Shown in pieces: positions 25,851 to 39,479 of a DNA stretch of 64,000 nucleotides. The DNA is taken from positions 1,515,111 through 1,579,110 of the forward strand of contig MU058824.1 of the NCBI GenBank assembly GCA_013265495.1, read 5' to 3'. The DNA is from Vicugna vicugna. Its lineage: Eukaryota. Position numbers and translations under genes: made by a program. Each line of letters opens with the position of its first letter. Within the stretch, counting starts at the first letter, position 1. The notes beneath the pieces were generated by a model. That model did no database searches. It saw nothing but the letters and a program-made list of their open reading frames with translations, and was not told where the DNA came from.

Positions 25851-28349
25851 ATAAATGATAAAAGGCCAATATGAATATACTCTTAGGTGAAGCACAAGTA
25901 AAGGCTACAGGACTATGAAGGAAGGGGTGATGAATTCTCCCTGGGTGCAACCTCGGTGGGCTTCTCCTAATGGGTGACCTTTGAGCTGGGCTTGACAGAC
26001 AAAGGTGGAGATGTGGGAAGAACCCTGTGGGAGAAGGGAACTGTGCTAGCAAATGTTGGCAGGTGGGAGTTTGAGGGGAAAATGCTGAGCCATTCAGGTG
26101 TGGCAGGCACATTGTGACTGACTGCAGAAGACATTGTGGAGAGAGAACAAAGATCGGAAGAACCATCTTTGGGCCTGCAGTGTCCGAACACATATTTTTT
26201 AGTCAATTGGTGCTCATCAAGGGCCTCTTGCAAGGTCCTGGCTGCTGGAACTTGCTCTCAGCACAAAGGCTTCCTGTTGGCTAAAGCTGGAGGACACACC
26301 CCTGGGAGCTGGACAAGGTTATCTCCAGGGACCTCACAAAGACTAGAGTGCAAGGTAAGGAAGGTAGATCAGGCAGATTTAGTTAAATCTTGGCTTTGCC
26401 ACTTCCTGAGGTATGGCTTTGGGCAAGCGCCAACTCACTGAGCCTGTTTTTCTACCTGTACAGTTGGGTTGTGGGTACCAGCCTTGATGGGGTAGCCAGA
26501 AGGCAAGGATGAGAGGAAGTATCCCCAGATTCCCCAGACTAAGAACATTGAATGGGAGTAGGACCCAGCCTAGTTTGACACCGATTAGATTCAGGAGCGA
26601 GTCTGCCATGAGACCATTCTAATTTTAACAATCGAAAAATGACTCAGGGTCTGAAGAGGGCCCTGGAGTGATTTCAGAGCTTACTCTAAGTTGGGTCTGT
26701 AGGTGGACGTAATAGAAGCAATCAGCTTTACGTTTCTCTTAATGGCTTTCTTGATGAAGGGAAGCTGAGAGTAGCAGGGATCATGCTGGAATAACTGTTG
26801 GGGAACCTCGCAGCCAGAAGCCAGGTTGGCAGGCCCAGCCGTGCAGTCTGAGGGTAGAAGGCTGGTGCTGACATCCCCAGGCCTATCTGTCAGACTGATG
26901 GGTAGCCAGTCCGGCTGCAGAGGTTTCCCTTTTTGACATGGGTTGAGCCACAGACTGCACTGGCCCCGGGGGGCCTGTCTCTGTTTTGAGTGTGGCTGGA
27001 TATCTGGCAAGGATTAGGTGCCTCCTCCGTCCCCCACCAGGACAGGCTCTGGGTTTGAGACAGAAAGGCTTCCAGGAGTGGCTGTCATTTTGGAATCTAG
27101 TGATTGAGCAGACTGTCTTGGGAGGATGAAGTTCTTGGTACCCAGCTGGGATGTGGAATGGCTTTCCTTTTGAGACCTGCCGGGGTCCAGCCCTTTTCCC
27201 ACCTGCTGCAGGTCACTTCTCTGTGCAGCGATGGGCCATTTCTAAAACCCATTTGGATGGAAGATATCCTGAACAGAGCAATAGAGTGGTTTTCTCACAA
27301 CCACTGATAAAGAAGTTGATGTAAAAAGACTCAATTGGATTTTTACCAAAATGACTCCATTCTGTTTAGGGAAAGAAGTTGTAATGCCTTAGGGGGAACT
27401 GTTGGTAAGGGATGTGTTCAGAATACAGGTGTGGATTTTGGAAGACTCAACCTTGGGGTCTTTCCAAGGGAGCTGGGCTCTCTGAGCCTTGGTCTCTTTT
27501 TCTATAAAATGGGGAGGGTACCTGCTCCAACTATTCTCTCAGGGTGATTTTATGCTTAAATCGAATAATGGCACTGGAAAGCCCTTGAGAAAAGTCAAAG
27601 TAGGACTATGTGGGATTGTTAAGTATTTCTGTGAGAGACCCCTACAGTGGCAGTTGTCCGGATGTGTAAAGAAGAAAATCGTGAAAGCTACAGAAAAAGC
27701 AGTGTTGTGAAAATAATGGGAACTAAAGTAGGTCTCATTAGGTTTTAGGAAGAAATAGGGCAGTGGATGTAAAGATTCAGCTATCTATTCTGGTTTTTAA
27801 GTCAGAGTTTACTTTTCAGGACAGAAAATGGGCAATTGGATTCTTTCATCCTGTATGAGTTAGAAGTCAGAATGTCAGAGGAGCTGTCCGGCCCACCAGG
27901 ACAAACAAATAAATATATCCCAAAAAGGCTTTCTTAAGTGGTTTGAATGTGTATAAGAAGCTGGTTTAAAAGCTTTCAGATCTTTGTAAGGTGTAAATAA
28001 TGACTGATCTAATAGCGTTAGGAAGAACATGACAGTGCCATAAACCCCTACCATTCTGACTCCTTTGAAGAAAAGCCAGACTGGGAGACATCTGGAATGG
28101 AGAATATTTTGGAGGATGATACTGGCCCCTCTGCTAGCTGCAGCTGTTTGCTTTCTCTAGTCCCACTCTTCTTGTGTGGAGCTATACAAGGTCTTCTAGA
28201 AACCAGGCATGTGGGAATTCTGGTTATTGTCTAGGTGCCCTGGGAGCAGGTGTGAACTTGCCTAAGTGAAACCACAGTATGTTTCACCACTAGCACCACC
28301 AGCCTTCAAACACAGAGCAAACACATTCTATGGGCTTAGCCTCTGTTCT

Positions 28350-28540
28350 TTATGTAGTAAATCATCTACTTTTCATCAAGATCCTAGAAGATAAGCATTT
28401 TTATTGCTCCTATGTTTCAGATGAGAAAAGTGAAGCCCAGAGAAGTTTAATAACTTGCCTAAAGTTACGTGGCAGGTAACTGACTAATTCAAACTCAGGC
28501 ACTTTGATTCTCGGGCCCACATCCATAAACACTGTGCATC
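28350..28540 (-). mobile_element. MIR
   Basis: 'tttcagatgagaaaagtgaagcccagagaagtttaataacttgcctaaagttac...attcaaactcagg'. Confidence 0.8.
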
Positions 28541-28659
28541 TCTGTTTTTGTGTCTGGCTTTCAAAGGGACCTCAAAAGATCAAGTGGCTCAGTCGCCTGC
28601 CTTCCCACAGATAATCTTATCATTATCCCCATTTTACAGATAAGAAAGCTGAGGCCCAG

Positions 28660-29023
28660 TGCTATAGACTGAATCTTTGTTTCCCCATCCAACCACCCAC
28701 CTGCCCCCCCCCAATTCATATGTTAAATCCTGACTCCCAGTGTGATGGTATTTAGAAGTGGAGCCTTTGGGAGGTAATTAGGTGATTAGGGTTAGTGTTC
28801 TTATAAAAGAGATCCCAGAGAGCTCACTCTTTTTACCATGTGAGGTTATAGCAAAGATGATCATCATCTGTGAACCAGAAAGTGGACTCTCACCAGACAT
28901 CAAGTCTGCTGGTGCCTTAGCCTTAGACTTCCCAACCTCCAAAACTATGAGAAATAAGTTTCCGTTTTTTATAAGCCACCTAGTCCATGATATCTGTTCC
29001 AGCAGCTTGAACAGACGAAGGTG
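28660..29023 (+). mobile_element. MLT1A-type MaLR solo LTR inserted into a MIR
   Basis: Begins 'tgctatagactgaat'; typical interior 'tgtgatggtatttagaagtggagcctttgggaggtaattagg' and 'ccttagacttcccaacctccaaaactatgagaaataa'; 5-bp TSD cccag/ccaag; the MIR resumes on both sides. Confidence 0.9.
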
Positions 29024-29379
29024 CCAAGGCAAGGGGCCTGCCTTGCTAAAGCCCACAATGGGACTGCAGGCTAGCTAGAACTAGAACCTGGCTCTTCATT
29101 ACAGGAGTGACCTCCTCTGGAAGTTTCTGCCCTGCCTTTTGTGTTCCTCTTTCTGAGAGAGTGAGAGCCATGTCAACATCTGGCCCAGACTGGACTCTTC
29201 CTTCTCATCCCTGGCATGCTTTCTGCTTTCCTCTTCTTGAACCAGCTGGCCCCCGTCTTGTTGTCGGGCTCACTCTGGCTGACAGGCCTCTTCCCCGGTG
29301 TGCCCCACCCTGCTGTCCACAGAGGCTGTATGAGGGTTACAGGTAGGTTGGCAGGAACCTTCACGAGCTGTGATTCCAA

Positions 29380-30330
29380 TGTGGATGCTCAGAGCATGTT
29401 TAGAAGGTGGTCTGAACAATTAGAAAAGGAAGAGGGGGTCACTCTGAGTTTTCCAAGAAAAATGACCTGCTGGACCAAACTCACTTACTTTGTTGAGGAA
29501 AACTGATGAGATCAGGGGAGCTGGGAACCTAGCAAATGTGAACTCCATGAAGGTATTTGACAAAATCTCCTATACCTTTTCAACTAGATGGAGAAAATGG
29601 TCCATTTAGAGGCATCTGTTAATTGTTTGAATCTCAAATCCAGAAGATGTTAATCTTCATAGTCTGAGGGGTTTGTCCACAGGACTCTGTTCTTTGCCTG
29701 GATTTGTAAATTATAATTTCCAACTTCTGGTAGTTTGACTTACAGTTTTTTGACTTTGTAATGTACAAAAGCCATATGCATTCAGCAGAAAGTGTACCTC
29801 AGGTTTTGAATTTTGATCTTTTCCTGGGCTGGTGCGGTACAGTACTTTCTAGTGCTGGGCAGCGGCGTGAGCCCCAGCTCCCACTCATGGTCACGAGAGA
29901 GAAACCGATACATTTAAAACCTTCCTGTACCCAGATAACCATTCTGTTTTTCACTTTCAGTACAGTATTCAATGAGTTACGTGAGATATTCAACACTTTA
30001 TTATGAAGTAGGCTTTGTATTAGATGATTTTACCCAACTGTAAGCTAACATAAGGGTTCTGAGCACGCTTGAGTAGACTAGGCTAAGCTCTCACGTTCAG
30101 TGGGTTACATGTATTAATTATATTTTCAACTTACTATGGGACTTCACCACATTTTAAGTTGAGGAAGATCAATTGACCTATCTCTCTGTCTTTCTATTTT
30201 TAAAAGAAGATATATATTCTTTTAAAATCAGTGATTTGAATAAAGTCATAGATGTCATACTGGTCAGATTTTGCTGATGATGTCAAGCTAGGAGGATTCT
30301 CAAATATTTCAGATGACAGAGCCAAAAAGC
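29380..30330 (+). mobile_element. CR1/L3 LINE RT fragment, split by a Tigger-derived MITE
   Basis: 'aaggtatttgacaaaatctcc' (KxFD), 'gtccacaggactctgttctt' (PQGSVL-like), and after the insertion FADDVKLGG (ORF 30252-30434). Confidence 0.75.
29712..30172 (-). mobile_element. MER47/Tigger5-family DNA transposon (TcMar-Tigger)
   Basis: 'ccattctgtttttcactttcagtacagtattcaatgagttacgtgagatattcaacactttattatgaagtaggctttgtattagatgatttt...ctaggctaagct' matches recalled MER47 in reverse. Confidence 0.85.
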
Positions 30331-31569
30331 AAACTTCCTCTTGTTATATTCACTCCATTGCTCCAGGATTTCAAGACTTCTTTTTCAGGATTCATTGCGT
30401 CAACTGGCACTTAGGTTCTGAAACAGCTGCTTAAGGACAGGACAAAGTTGATGAGGCTTAAAGGGAGTAGGTATGGAAAGAGACTGTGGCCCCAGTTGAC
30501 TGAGACTCATTATGCTCCTTGGAAGGAAGGAGCAACTGGGGTCTGCTGCTCAGTGCATGTGCTGATGTAAATTCAGGCCACCTGGTAGTCTGAAGTCCCT
30601 GAGTCTGCTGAGAATGGGGCCTCTTTCAGGGCATGTGCTGGGAAAGGTGATGTCAGCGAGACCATCAAAGATATCTGTCTGTACACTAGAGAAAAGCTCC
30701 TATTGGTGACCTTGGCTTCGACCTTGTCTTCAACCTTGGCTTCATCTCAGGTTAGCCTCCCACCTCTCTTCTCTCCCTCCCTTCTGCAGATGCTTGTTAA
30801 GTAAGACCCCTGTGTGCCAGGCATTGTGGTGGGCACTGGTGGTCAGTACCAACCAGGGTCCCTGTACTCATGGAGTTTACAAGCAAGTCTTTCTGCAACA
30901 TGTGTGTAAATGGGGCCATCGGACTGGCCATGGGGATAATCCAGGCATTCTGATATAGGCAGCTGTGCAGTCAGGAGTGGGGGAACACACAGGTGAGACT
31001 AAAGCAGGGAGCCAGGGGTGGAATGGCCTTCTATTCCGTGGAATAGTTCATTCTGCCTTGGGCTGGGCAGTTGGGGAGGGGGGTGAGGCAGCAGCTGGCC
31101 TTGAGGAAAGTAGAGAATTACATCCTTAGGGCAGGGAATTCAGGCAGAGTCCACCACACAGACAAAATACAGATCTCTAAGGACTGCTTTGGGCTGGGGT
31201 GAGGTTTATCTCTACCACAGACATTGTTTTTACCTGTGTTTTTGAAAAATGTTATTGTAGAGTATCACAAAATGTATTTGGTTTTGATCTTTTGGGATAA
31301 GTACATTATCTTGGAATCACAGGCCCCCTTTTCCAGAATAAGGACAAATGTACCAAGGAATGAATAGATATCATTGAGTACAATGAGCAATTTCTGTTTG
31401 GGGACTTTAGTCAGTATCTTGCCAGTGGTGTTCATCTCCACTATTGGACCTTTTCCAGCTGGGAAGAGAAAGGCATTACTTAGAGGATCATTTGCATCTT
31501 TTGAAAAGCCATCCTAACGACCAACTTTCGTATTTGAAAGAGTTTGCATTAAGAAAAAAGATAACTTTT

Positions 31570-32750
31570 CGTGTTTTTATCTTATTATAAAAGTAATTTA
31601 TGTTTATTGAAGACAATTTGGAAAATGCAAATTAAAAGAAAACTAAAATCAGTCATAGTCCCACTATCTAAACATAATCACTGTTGATAACATAGCATGT
31701 AGTGTCACACTGTTTTTAAACAAAATTCAAATTATCTGCTGCTTGTTACCTGCTCTTTTTCTCTTTAACTCTATATCACGAAGAGCTTTCCAGGCCATTT
31801 CAGAACCTCTACTCCATATTTTAATTGTCTTGACAGTATTACATTAAGCCATAGTTTATTTGGATAATTTTTTCTTGTTGAACATGTGGGTTTTTTTTTT
31901 TTATTCTAAACAGCGCTGCAGCATACAGTCTTGAAACAAAATGTGTATGGTTTTCCATGATTAGTTTCTCAGACTCTGACATTGTCTGAGCCAAAGAGTA
32001 TGCAAAATTTAAATATTTTTAAGCTTAGGTATCTCTGCCATTTCTGGAAAGCTTACTATGGGCCAAAGTCAGGTGCTTTTATATATATCATCTCATTAAT
32101 TTTTTAAATTAATTACTGAATTATTTTTTATTAAAGCATAGTCAGTTACAGCGTGTCAACGTCTGGTGTAAAGCATAATGTTTCAGCCATACATATACAT
32201 ATACATCTTTTCTTATTCATATAAATCTTACTCATTTCACTAAGTTAATTACTCAGTATTTTATAGCTTTGTTACTATTGTGAGTGATATCCTTTTATTT
32301 TATAGTGGCTGCCCTTCATTGCTGTATTTTCTAACTAATTATTGCTGGTGTGTAGAAAGCTTTGATTTGTGGATATTTCATAACCAGCCACCTAACTGAG
32401 CATTCTCATTGGTCCTACTAGCTTCCCATGGGTTTTCCAGGTGGATAGTCATCTTTCTTAACAAGGGACAATACTTATGCCTCTTCCTTTTCAGTATTTT
32501 TACCTGGCTTCTTTGTCCATGGATTGAATGCTCATCAACTGTGAGCACAGAATCAGGTAGATGTCATGACCACAGGCATTCTGGTTTGATGGAATGACTT
32601 CTGTTTCACTGTTGCTGGGCACACTGGCTGTTGTTTGTGACAGATTTTGGTGTGTCCTGAAGGTACCTTCTTTCTCATTTACTGAGAGGGTTTGATTTTA
32701 TTGTTTTAAATCAGAAATGAGTGAATTTTATTAAGTTCTTTTTCTGCATC
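31570..32750 (-). mobile_element. Old L1 (L1ME/L1M) fragments, with a short lineage-specific L1 tail at about 32125-32220
   Basis: 'ttattataaaagtaatttatgtttattgaagacaatttggaaaat', 'tattttatagctttgttactattgtgagtg', 'gaattttattaagttctttttctgcatct'; tail 'ttaaagcatagtcagttacagcgtgtcaac'. Confidence 0.7.
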
Positions 32751-33589
32751 TCCCATATGCACTGTTTGCATTTCAAAGAGTTGTTTTAGCAGGCCCAGTG
32801 GATGACTGCATGTTGGCAACTAGACTGTAAACACCTGGTGGGTGTGATCTGTCCTCAAGATCATCTATAGTCATTCATCCCCAGCTGTATTGAGACCCTA
32901 TGGAGAAACAGGAGCTGAAGCCATCCTAGTGCCCCCAGCCCCGGAAGGTACTCATTCAGCGCATGTCAGAGCCAGCGGATGCATGTTCTGCCACTGGCAT
33001 GAATTCTAGAAGGACGTTAAAAAGCAGTCTCAAAATTCAGAGGTGAGAAGGCTGGGGAGCCTCACCTTCCCTTGTGCTCTAATTAGGAGGCCATCAACAC
33101 GAGGAGGCATTTCATCCAGTTTTCCAGGTGAGGTTAGTAACATGTTTGCCTCACCGAGGAACTGAATTACAATACCGTAGACGTTTAAATTGTGGGCCAT
33201 AAAGTGCTTGTCAAGTACTAATTGTAGCCTTCCTGAGCTCTGGTATTACCAACCTCATGATTATGCCAGCTGCTGGGATGGGAGTCAGCCTTCTCAGCAA
33301 AGCACCTTGCAGTAAAGGTGTGGCTGTGATGGGGTGAATTTTGTCTGGGGGATTCGACATGCTTTCTAAATAAATAAGGGATTCAGGTGCCAGGTGACGA
33401 GCTGAACGGTGCTTGGAAGTGCCCCCAGGATGGTGCCAGTTGATTTGGCTGAAAACAGGTTGTTCTAAGACAATTTGGTTGAAAATGATATAATTAAGAT
33501 GAAAATTAGGTCCAAACTGATAAGTTGGCAAAAAATGAATTGTCCCTTTTTACTGGATTTTTCACATATAGGTAGTTTTGGTGCACTAC

Positions 33590-34160
33590 TTATTTATTCA
33601 ACAAACATTAACCATCTACTATGTGGCAGGTACTATTGTCAACATTGGGGGTACAGCAGGACATAAGAAAGACCCTGTCCATAGAGAACTTGCATGCTGG
33701 TAAGGGAGATGGACAAACGATACGTAAGTTGACATATATCTTAGCCAGCAAGCCACAAACCATGTCAGGTGGTGATAGTGCTAGAAAAGACAAATAAACA
33801 CAGTAAAGGGATGAGTGATAATGATTTAGGGGCTGGGTGAGTTCTGTTTTAAATCAGTGTTCAGAGAAAGCCTCTGTGAGGCAGCATTTGAGTGGAGACG
33901 GAATAGAGGGCGCCAGAGAACCTGTGGTGTTGTGTGATGTCCAGGCCAGTGGAAGGGCAGCTGCGGGGGTGCTGAGGCATCTTCCTTGGGGAATTCAAGA
34001 CCAGCAAAGAGGCCCCTGGGGCTGGAGCAGAGTGAGGAAGTGCTGTAGGATCCAGCTGGTGAGGGGGAAGGGCCATATCCCACAGTGCTTGATGGCCATG
34101 GGACATTCAAGGATTATGCACAGAGAAATGATGTGATTTGACTTGTCTTTTAGGGCTATT
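33590..34160 (-). mobile_element. L2a 3' portion
   Basis: 'ttattcaacaaacattaaccatctactatgtggcaggtactatt...cagagaaagcctctgtgaggcagcatttgagtggagac'. Confidence 0.85.
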
Positions 34161-34834
34161 TTCCAGACTCTGTCTTTAGGCATTTTTGGGTTTATTTCTG
34201 AAAGATTTTTTGGCAGAGCAGGCAGAATTGGCTGAAAATGAAAGAGATAAAGAAACAGTAGCCAACTACCACCACAAAAACTAGAAAAAAATATTCTGAA
34301 AAATTGGCAACAGTGCTTGAATACCTATATGATGTTGTAAACCTGTCTCAGATGCCCTCAGGCTATTAATATGGGAAAACACAATGAGTAGGACTCTTCT
34401 TCATGTTTGACCAGATTGTTGTGTGGATCAAGCCTTCATCTGTTTGGGGCTGACCGGCTTGGAGTTTGCCAGACACCTCCCCTTGGTCAGGAGCTTAAGT
34501 CTGGAGATATACAAGTGGCTCAGACTCATCTTCATGAGCTGAAAATATCCACTACAGAGGGCAGGACTTGGGCAGTGATAGTCCAATTGAGCTTTAAAGA
34601 GCCCTCTTTGCTGTGTGAAACAATTATTTCGTCTTTAGCACTACCCTTATTGTTTTACAGGCCTGTAAGGCAAGAGAGATTGGACTGATGGCTTACGCTG
34701 AGTGAATCTGAGGTCCTGGATCCACTATAGGGGCCTCTTGTGCTCCTGGGCTCCTTTCTCACCTCTGTACCATAGCATCATCTTGTAATAGTGTAAAGAT
34801 CTGTTTCTGTGTTTGCTATCCACCTTCTTTAGGC

Positions 34835-35250
34835 AGTGTGTTTGGGTGATAGGTAAGCTGCTATAACAAAAAGACCCTAAAATATAGCACCTTGAATAAG
34901 TTAAAAATTTATTTCCCCAGTCTGGTAGGTTGTCTCTGCTCTACCACATCATTCAGGGATCCAAGTTCCTTAACTCCTCTTGCTGTCCCACCGTGCCTAC
35001 AGGATTTGTCCTCATTGGTGTGACTGGAACAGGGTCACTGCCACATCTGCATTCCAGTGGGGGCAGGGGGAAGAGAGAGTGCGGACAACCAGAGCAAGTA
35101 GCCTCTCTTAAAGCTTAAGATGGTCCAGAAGTTGCACATATTACTTCTTCTGTTCAGTCTGTTAGAAATTAGTCACATAATCACGCTCAGCTACAAGGGA
35201 GGATGGTTACATTTGATCTCTAGCTTGATGGCATGGGCCCAGCTTAAATG
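34835..35250 (-). mobile_element. Old MaLR LTR (MLT1-like)
   Basis: 'aagctgctataacaaaaagaccctaaaatatagc...agaagttgcacatattacttcttctgttcagtctgttagaaattagtcacat...cagctacaagggaggatgg'. Confidence 0.65.
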
Positions 35251-35259
35251 TAATGATGT

Positions 35260-35936
35260 GGTATATTAGTTTCCTATGGCTGCTATAACAAATTACCACA
35301 AATTCAGTGGCTTGAAACAACAAAAATTTATTCTCTTACAGTTCTGGAGGTTAGGAATACAAAGTGAGTCTTGCTGACGTAGAGTATTGGCAAGGCTTGT
35401 TCCTTTGAAGACTGTGAGAGGAGACTCTGTTTCCTTGCCTTTTTTAGCATCTAGAGGCTGCCTGCCTTCCTTGGCTAATGGCCCTTCCCTTACTTGCAGC
35501 ACATCAGATTTCTTGGTTCTATTGTCACATCTCCTGTTACTCATTCTGGTCTCCTGTCTGTCTTTAAGGACTTTTGTGGTTATAGTAGGATGATCCAGTA
35601 TAATGTCCCCATCTCGAAATTATTTTTAAAAAAATTTTTTGCGTTGAAGTACAGTCAGTTACAGTGTGTAGTTCCTGGTGTGCAGCACAATGTCCCAGTC
35701 ATGCATATACATACATATGTTTGTTTTCATATTCTTTTTCATTACAAGTTATTATAGGATATTGAATATACTTCCCTGTTATATACAGGAGAAACTTGTT
35801 TTCTTTTTCCGTGTCAAAATTCTTACTTAATCACATCTGCATAGTCCCTTCTGCCATGTAAGGCAACATAGTCACAAATGTCTGGGATTAGAATCTGTAT
35901 ATTTTTGTTGGAGGATAGCATTATTCTGTCTACCAT
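35260..35936 (-). mobile_element. MLT1C/D MaLR LTR, interrupted by an L1 tail
   Basis: 'tattagtttcctatggctgctataacaaattaccacaaattcagtggcttgaaacaacaaaaatttattctcttacagttctggagg...cttaatcacatctgc...attattctgtctaccata'. Confidence 0.9.
35622..35808 (-). mobile_element. Lineage-specific L1 3' UTR tail insertion
   Basis: Same UTR as at 1545-2040; degenerate TSD ccatctcgaaatt (35609-35621) / ccgtgtcaaaatt (35809-35821). Confidence 0.85.
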
Positions 35937-38729
35937 AGGTGGAAAGTGGTTTGACTACTAAAAGAAGGAAAGGGAGAAAGGAAATCAGGGGACAGGGTCT
36001 TACTGCCTGGCACATGGTGGTTGCTCAGTTAATGCTGAATGAAGGAATGTGCGGTGGGATATTGACTGCTTGCTCCTTTGCACTGTGCTGAAATTCACCG
36101 GTTTATAGAAAAGCAAAGGGTGTCAGGTGTCGCATGCTGTTCTTTAAAGGTGTATATGCTAAGTTCAGACAAAAGAAGTTAAAGAGGAAGCCCATTGGGC
36201 AGATCAGTAGCTCACACCTGTTACTGATAAGTTCTGCACCCTTGGTGGACTCCATCACCTGCCCCCACCTTCAGAGTGATGGACATTTGGGCCAGATGCC
36301 TCCTTTCAAAGACACATAGCTCTACAGAGCTAAAACTGAGCCCACTACCCAGGGCCACCAGTGCAACTCCTTCTCCTGGTTTCCCTGTACTGTCCTCTTC
36401 TTGGTCACATAGGCTGAGTGGCTTGGCTTCCTCTCTGGCCACTCCCTTTGCTTGACTGCCCTGCCCATCAGGCTGCGCAGTTTCAGATCTCCTGATGTTC
36501 ACTCCCAGCCTCTCTTTGCTAGGCTATTCATGGAACTGGTCTAGCCCTCATCCCTGCCATTGCACCCTTGCCACACTTTTCATGGGCCCTTGTCCCATGA
36601 AGTCCCTCCTCCTTCAGGCCTCTCTTGTCCACGGCAGCTTCTACTTTGGTTTCACTGACCAAGAACCACTGCCTTTCCACTGTGCTCAGAAATCTCCACC
36701 AGGATCCTAGTTCCTATCAGGTGAAAACTCATCTGTTCTCAGTCCTCATGTGTTTGACCAAGATGGGAACGGGAAAAGGGCCCTGGAGTCAGAGTCCCTA
36801 GCTCAGGGTCTCATCCTCAGCCAGGGACCCACTGGGAGGCCGAGGCAAGACACACGTCTCCTCTAAACCTCAGTTTCCTTCTTCACAGTTGGGAGAGCCT
36901 GGCCAGATGAGCTATCCTTCTAAGATGTGGTGATTCCTTTCCTGGTGACCAGGACTCCTGCTGAAGGCTGGGGAGGCAGAAAGACAAGAGGGTCTGGAGG
37001 GAATCAAGGCTGGCTTCACCTCTGCCCCCTGCACAGCACTCCCATGGTGGCATCTAGTTGCCTCCCTGGCCAGTGGACCCTCTGGCTCAGAACCTCCCCA
37101 GACCCTCTGTGTGCTCCTGAAGGCAGGCTGGGCTGCCGGCTCTGAGTCTCTGAGACCCAGCTTAGGGCTCCCCAGTCTGGCTCTTCTGGGCTGCATCACT
37201 GCCTGTCACCTCTCTTCTTGTCTCATCTGTTATGCGCTCTCCAGGGGAGGTGTCTCATCCCTTCCATCCGTCCTGAGCAATGAGCCTGTACTCAGGGCGA
37301 GTGACCTGCCAGGGGCTATTTCCCCACTGCTCTGGGCTCCGGGATGCATGACCTTCCCTTGCTCATTTCTGCTTCCTGCTAGGCCCCCTACCCCATCCCA
37401 TCTCATCCCACTGGCCCAGGCACCAGCCCTCAGGGCCCCTGAATCAGAAGCGAATAGGGGGGTGAAGGATCCTGTGACTTCCCTCAAGACGTTAATATGA
37501 CTTCTCTGGCTTTCATGGGTGGATGCTCTCACCCGTAAGATTACTGAGGAAATCCCCATGATTTCCAGGCTGTGTTGATGGGTTTAACCAACTTGTCAGA
37601 ACAGGCAGGATCACTGAATCTGGACTTAGGATTCTGGGGAATGATGGCCTCTACATTCCATTCAGGAGCAAATTATTAGGCTCCTTTTGTGTTCCAGGCA
37701 CCGTCCTGGGCACTGGAGGGAACTGCTGAGCAGAGTATATGAAACTTCTCTGTTCCCTCCCTAGAGGATGCTGGAGACCAAAATGACCAACCATCATGAG
37801 CCACGCAAGGCTGCAGGGAGGGCCCGTGGTGCCTGGAGGATGGAGGGTCTGACTATTAAGCAAAGTTTATAAACCTTTGCTCCTTCCCAAGAGAATTGAT
37901 ACAGGGTGTATGGATGGCATTTGCAGTGACTGGTGAGCCCAAATGAGGCTTCCTTGTTACAGAAACCATTACCATTTATCTCCTCAGCAGGCTCTTATAT
38001 GACCTTCAGAGGTAGTAGCTGAAGAATTAGCACTGACTGTAGGTCAGACAGGGGCCTGTTCATCGAACAGTGCTTTATAGCAAAACCAAAGTGATGTTGG
38101 CGATTATGCAAGGTTCCCATGTTCAGTTATGCCTCATTTATTCAGGATCTTCAGGACATGAATTGTACTGAGGTGCTTATTTTCAGGGAACTAAAATTTC
38201 CATATTTAAACACGAGAAACTGTTTCCTGCATTTTGTAGTTCTTTCTAAAATATGTTTTTTTTTAATTAAAAATTTTTTGGTTTTTTATTGAAGTATAGT
38301 TGATTTATAATATTGTTCTAAAATTTCTTATTCCTTATTTTTTTAACTTATAAAAATTTTAATGTGAATGTTCACTGTAGCAAAAACCAAGAAAATACTT
38401 ATAAGCAATAACAACTTCCCTTTAATTTGCTCCTCTCAGAGGTAAGCACTATTAACATCCCACCTTCTAAGATGTACTTTTAATTTAATCTTTTATTGAT
38501 GACTCCATATCTTCATCTCAGTCCTCATCAGCTGTCTTCTACTTTTACTCTGGGGAGTTACAGGAGGGATGTAGGATTTTTTTATTGCCCCACCACTGTG
38601 ATTCTTGAGTATAAAGGGTGCTGTGTGGGGTTGTTATCTGTTTTATTGTGTTCTCATTCTCTTGGTGCCTGCTGGCACTTTCTGCTGCTATATGTAAACC
38701 CTCCTTGTATTCCTTTGCCTCTCTGCATG

Positions 38730-39020
38730 CACCACACCTTCTTGACTCCAAGATGCCCATCTTCCCTTAACATTTTTATGTTGCTAAAACTGGGATATGT
38801 CTTGCCAGCAGGCAATGCAGTAAGTTCTGATGAAGATTCTCATCATCTGTGCGTAGATGGGGTTTCATCTGTTTCCACCTCAGCTGCTTTGGTCACTTAT
38901 TTGGTTGGAGACCTTACACTCACTTGAATTTTTACTTGCGTTTGAATTCCTAACTGGCTGCTCATTATGTTTTCTAAAAGATTATACTGTAATGAAGAAA
39001 TGAAATCATTGTGAATCCAG
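38730..39020 (+). mobile_element. Kanga-like (TcMar-Tc2) DNA transposon fragment
   Basis: 'ttgactccaagatgcccatc...aacattttt...aaactgggatatgtctt' and 'atgttttctaaaagattatactgtaat...tcattgtg' resemble the recalled Kanga 5' end. Confidence 0.5.
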
Positions 39021-39479
39021 AAGATTGCCTGTCACGTGCCAGGCAAGATGACTAAAGGCAGCAGAAATTGCCAGATCTCTCAGAATAGATCATAGGATTT
39101 TTGCAGTTAGTTGCAGGGAGGTAAATGTGACCAAATTTGTGTAATGGAGGAATATCAAGTGCCCCAAATTATTAAAAGCTTGGGACTGATTTTCAAGAGA
39201 AACTATCTAGTTTCTGTTAATAGATGACTTAATTAAAGAAAAATGAAAGTGCAAATAATCAAATAGGAAGATCAGATCATGAAGATTGGGTCATGAACAG
39301 CACAGTATCAGCACAATGCTATGCAAGTTTGGCCAAGGCAAGCACTGGCTTAGAAGAACCTTGAGAATCTGAATTTGAAGAAGGCTTATATTAAAACTTA
39401 GTAAAACTTAGTGTATTGAAGAAAGAATAAACCTGTGCCTTTTTTTGGTCAGTAAAAAAATATTTCTATGTTTTCACTT

